Assembly: GCF_001194135.2 (NCBI RefSeq)
Contig: NC_068985.1
Coordinates: forward strand, 107,438,928-107,502,927
Reading direction: 5' to 3'
DNA: 64,000 nucleotides
From: Octopus bimaculoides
Taxonomy: Eukaryota
Both the position numbers and the translations under genes were made by a program. Shown here one piece after another: positions 62,691-64,000 of this stretch. Every line of letters starts with the position of its first letter. Position 1 is the first letter of the stretch. Below the pieces are notes generated by a model. The model ran no database searches, had not been told where the DNA came from, and saw nothing but the letters and a program-made list of their open reading frames with translations.

Positions 62691-63968
62691 TGTTACAAGT
62701 ATATATGGATATGTAGCACATATAAATATATGTGTTATATGTAATGCATGTTAGTGTTGTTATTTAGCTCAAGGTCAAACCAGAACAATGATGAAAGACA
62801 TTTCAACAGTGACCACCCCATGTATCTAGAACAACATTATCTAATGCAATCTTTCATTTGTTTAAGAATATAGGGCATTATTTGAGAAGGAAGTTGATAA
62901 CCATATAGTGATATCCCAACCACTTCATTTGTGAGCAGGAAATGTCTTCTTGATGTGTCAGCAGCAGCGGTAGTAGTAGTGGCAGTAGTAATACTGGCAA
63001 CGACCTTGGTGGTAGTGACATGTTGGCAAGATAACTTAAAAGGTATGTAAATAATCGCTGAATGTCATATAGTGTATGAAGTGTGTGTGTGTGTATGTGT
63101 GTATTACATACAATATGGTAAGTCCCATGCCAGAGGGACTGACGTGGGACCGCCAGCAATGGAGTGCACTAATGGAGCTGATCGGCTCCATGCATGATGA
63201 CACCTCTGGGACCACTATCTTGGAAGGACCCCAGCCCCATCGAGCAAAAGCATGAAGCTAAGCCAAGCCATACAGTATTGTATGTGGTGCACATGCACAA
63301 GTGTGTATGCATGTGTGTGTGTATATATATATAGATATAGATATATAAAAGTAATTATTCGTTCTGCAGTGTAGTTCTGAAATAGCAACATATCCTTAAT
63401 GTACGATATAATCTGTCTCCACTTATGTTTGTATATTTGTGCCTATCAAATATTCATTTATCATGTACATGTTCAGTGTGTTTGTGCATGTGCATATCTG
63501 TGTGTGAGAGAGAGAGAGAGAGAGCGAATGTGTTTGTGTGATCCCAGCAACACTGTCACCACCGTATCTATGAAGCAGGATGTCTATTTCTGAGTATGTG
63601 GTGATAAGAGTAGTAGTAGTAGTAGTAGTAGAAGTAAGAGTTCTGGTGACAGTGATGGCCTGGATGAAGGTCACAAACTCTCTACTATTGGAAGGAGTAT
63701 ATAAATTAATGAATTGTGCTCTTTATAGATAAGAGATCAACACATAATTAATTGATTGGTTGGCCTGATAGATGACAAACAGACAGACATGTATGTGTAC
63801 ATATATATATCATCATCATCGTTTAACGTCCGCTTTCCATGCTAGCATGGGTTGGACGATTTGACTGAGGACTGATGCAACCGGATGGCTACACCAGGCT
63901 CCAATCTAATTTGGCAGAGTTTCTACAGCTGGATGCCCTTCCTAACGCCGACCACTCAGAGAGTGTAG

Positions 63969-64000
<32 letters not shown>

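Overview
AT-rich, intron-rich animal genomic DNA with assembly gaps, packed with microsatellites and SINEs. The repeat landscape looks like an octopus (coleoid cephalopod) genome; this is inference. Two spliced protein-coding genes face each other tail to tail. One is the 3' part of ZMYND10 (+ strand, five exons, 1418-14572). The other is a three-domain gelsolin-like gene (- strand, twelve coding exons, 49248-18985; its short first coding exon was not located). Introns and spacers hold decayed transposons: Tc1/mariner, pogo-like MITE, Ty3/gypsy gag, RTE, CR1-like, R4/Dong-like and L1/Tx1-like LINEs, Penelope-like remnants, a Helitron with 23-aa STPR-like repeats, and at least five SINE families. 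The most notable observation is a set of hammerhead-ribozyme motifs in direct-repeat and fold-back structures. One (42355-42401) has a fully intact catalytic core and lies in the sense orientation of a gelsolin intron. No ribozyme activity is demonstrated; these are sequence and structure predictions made by eye.
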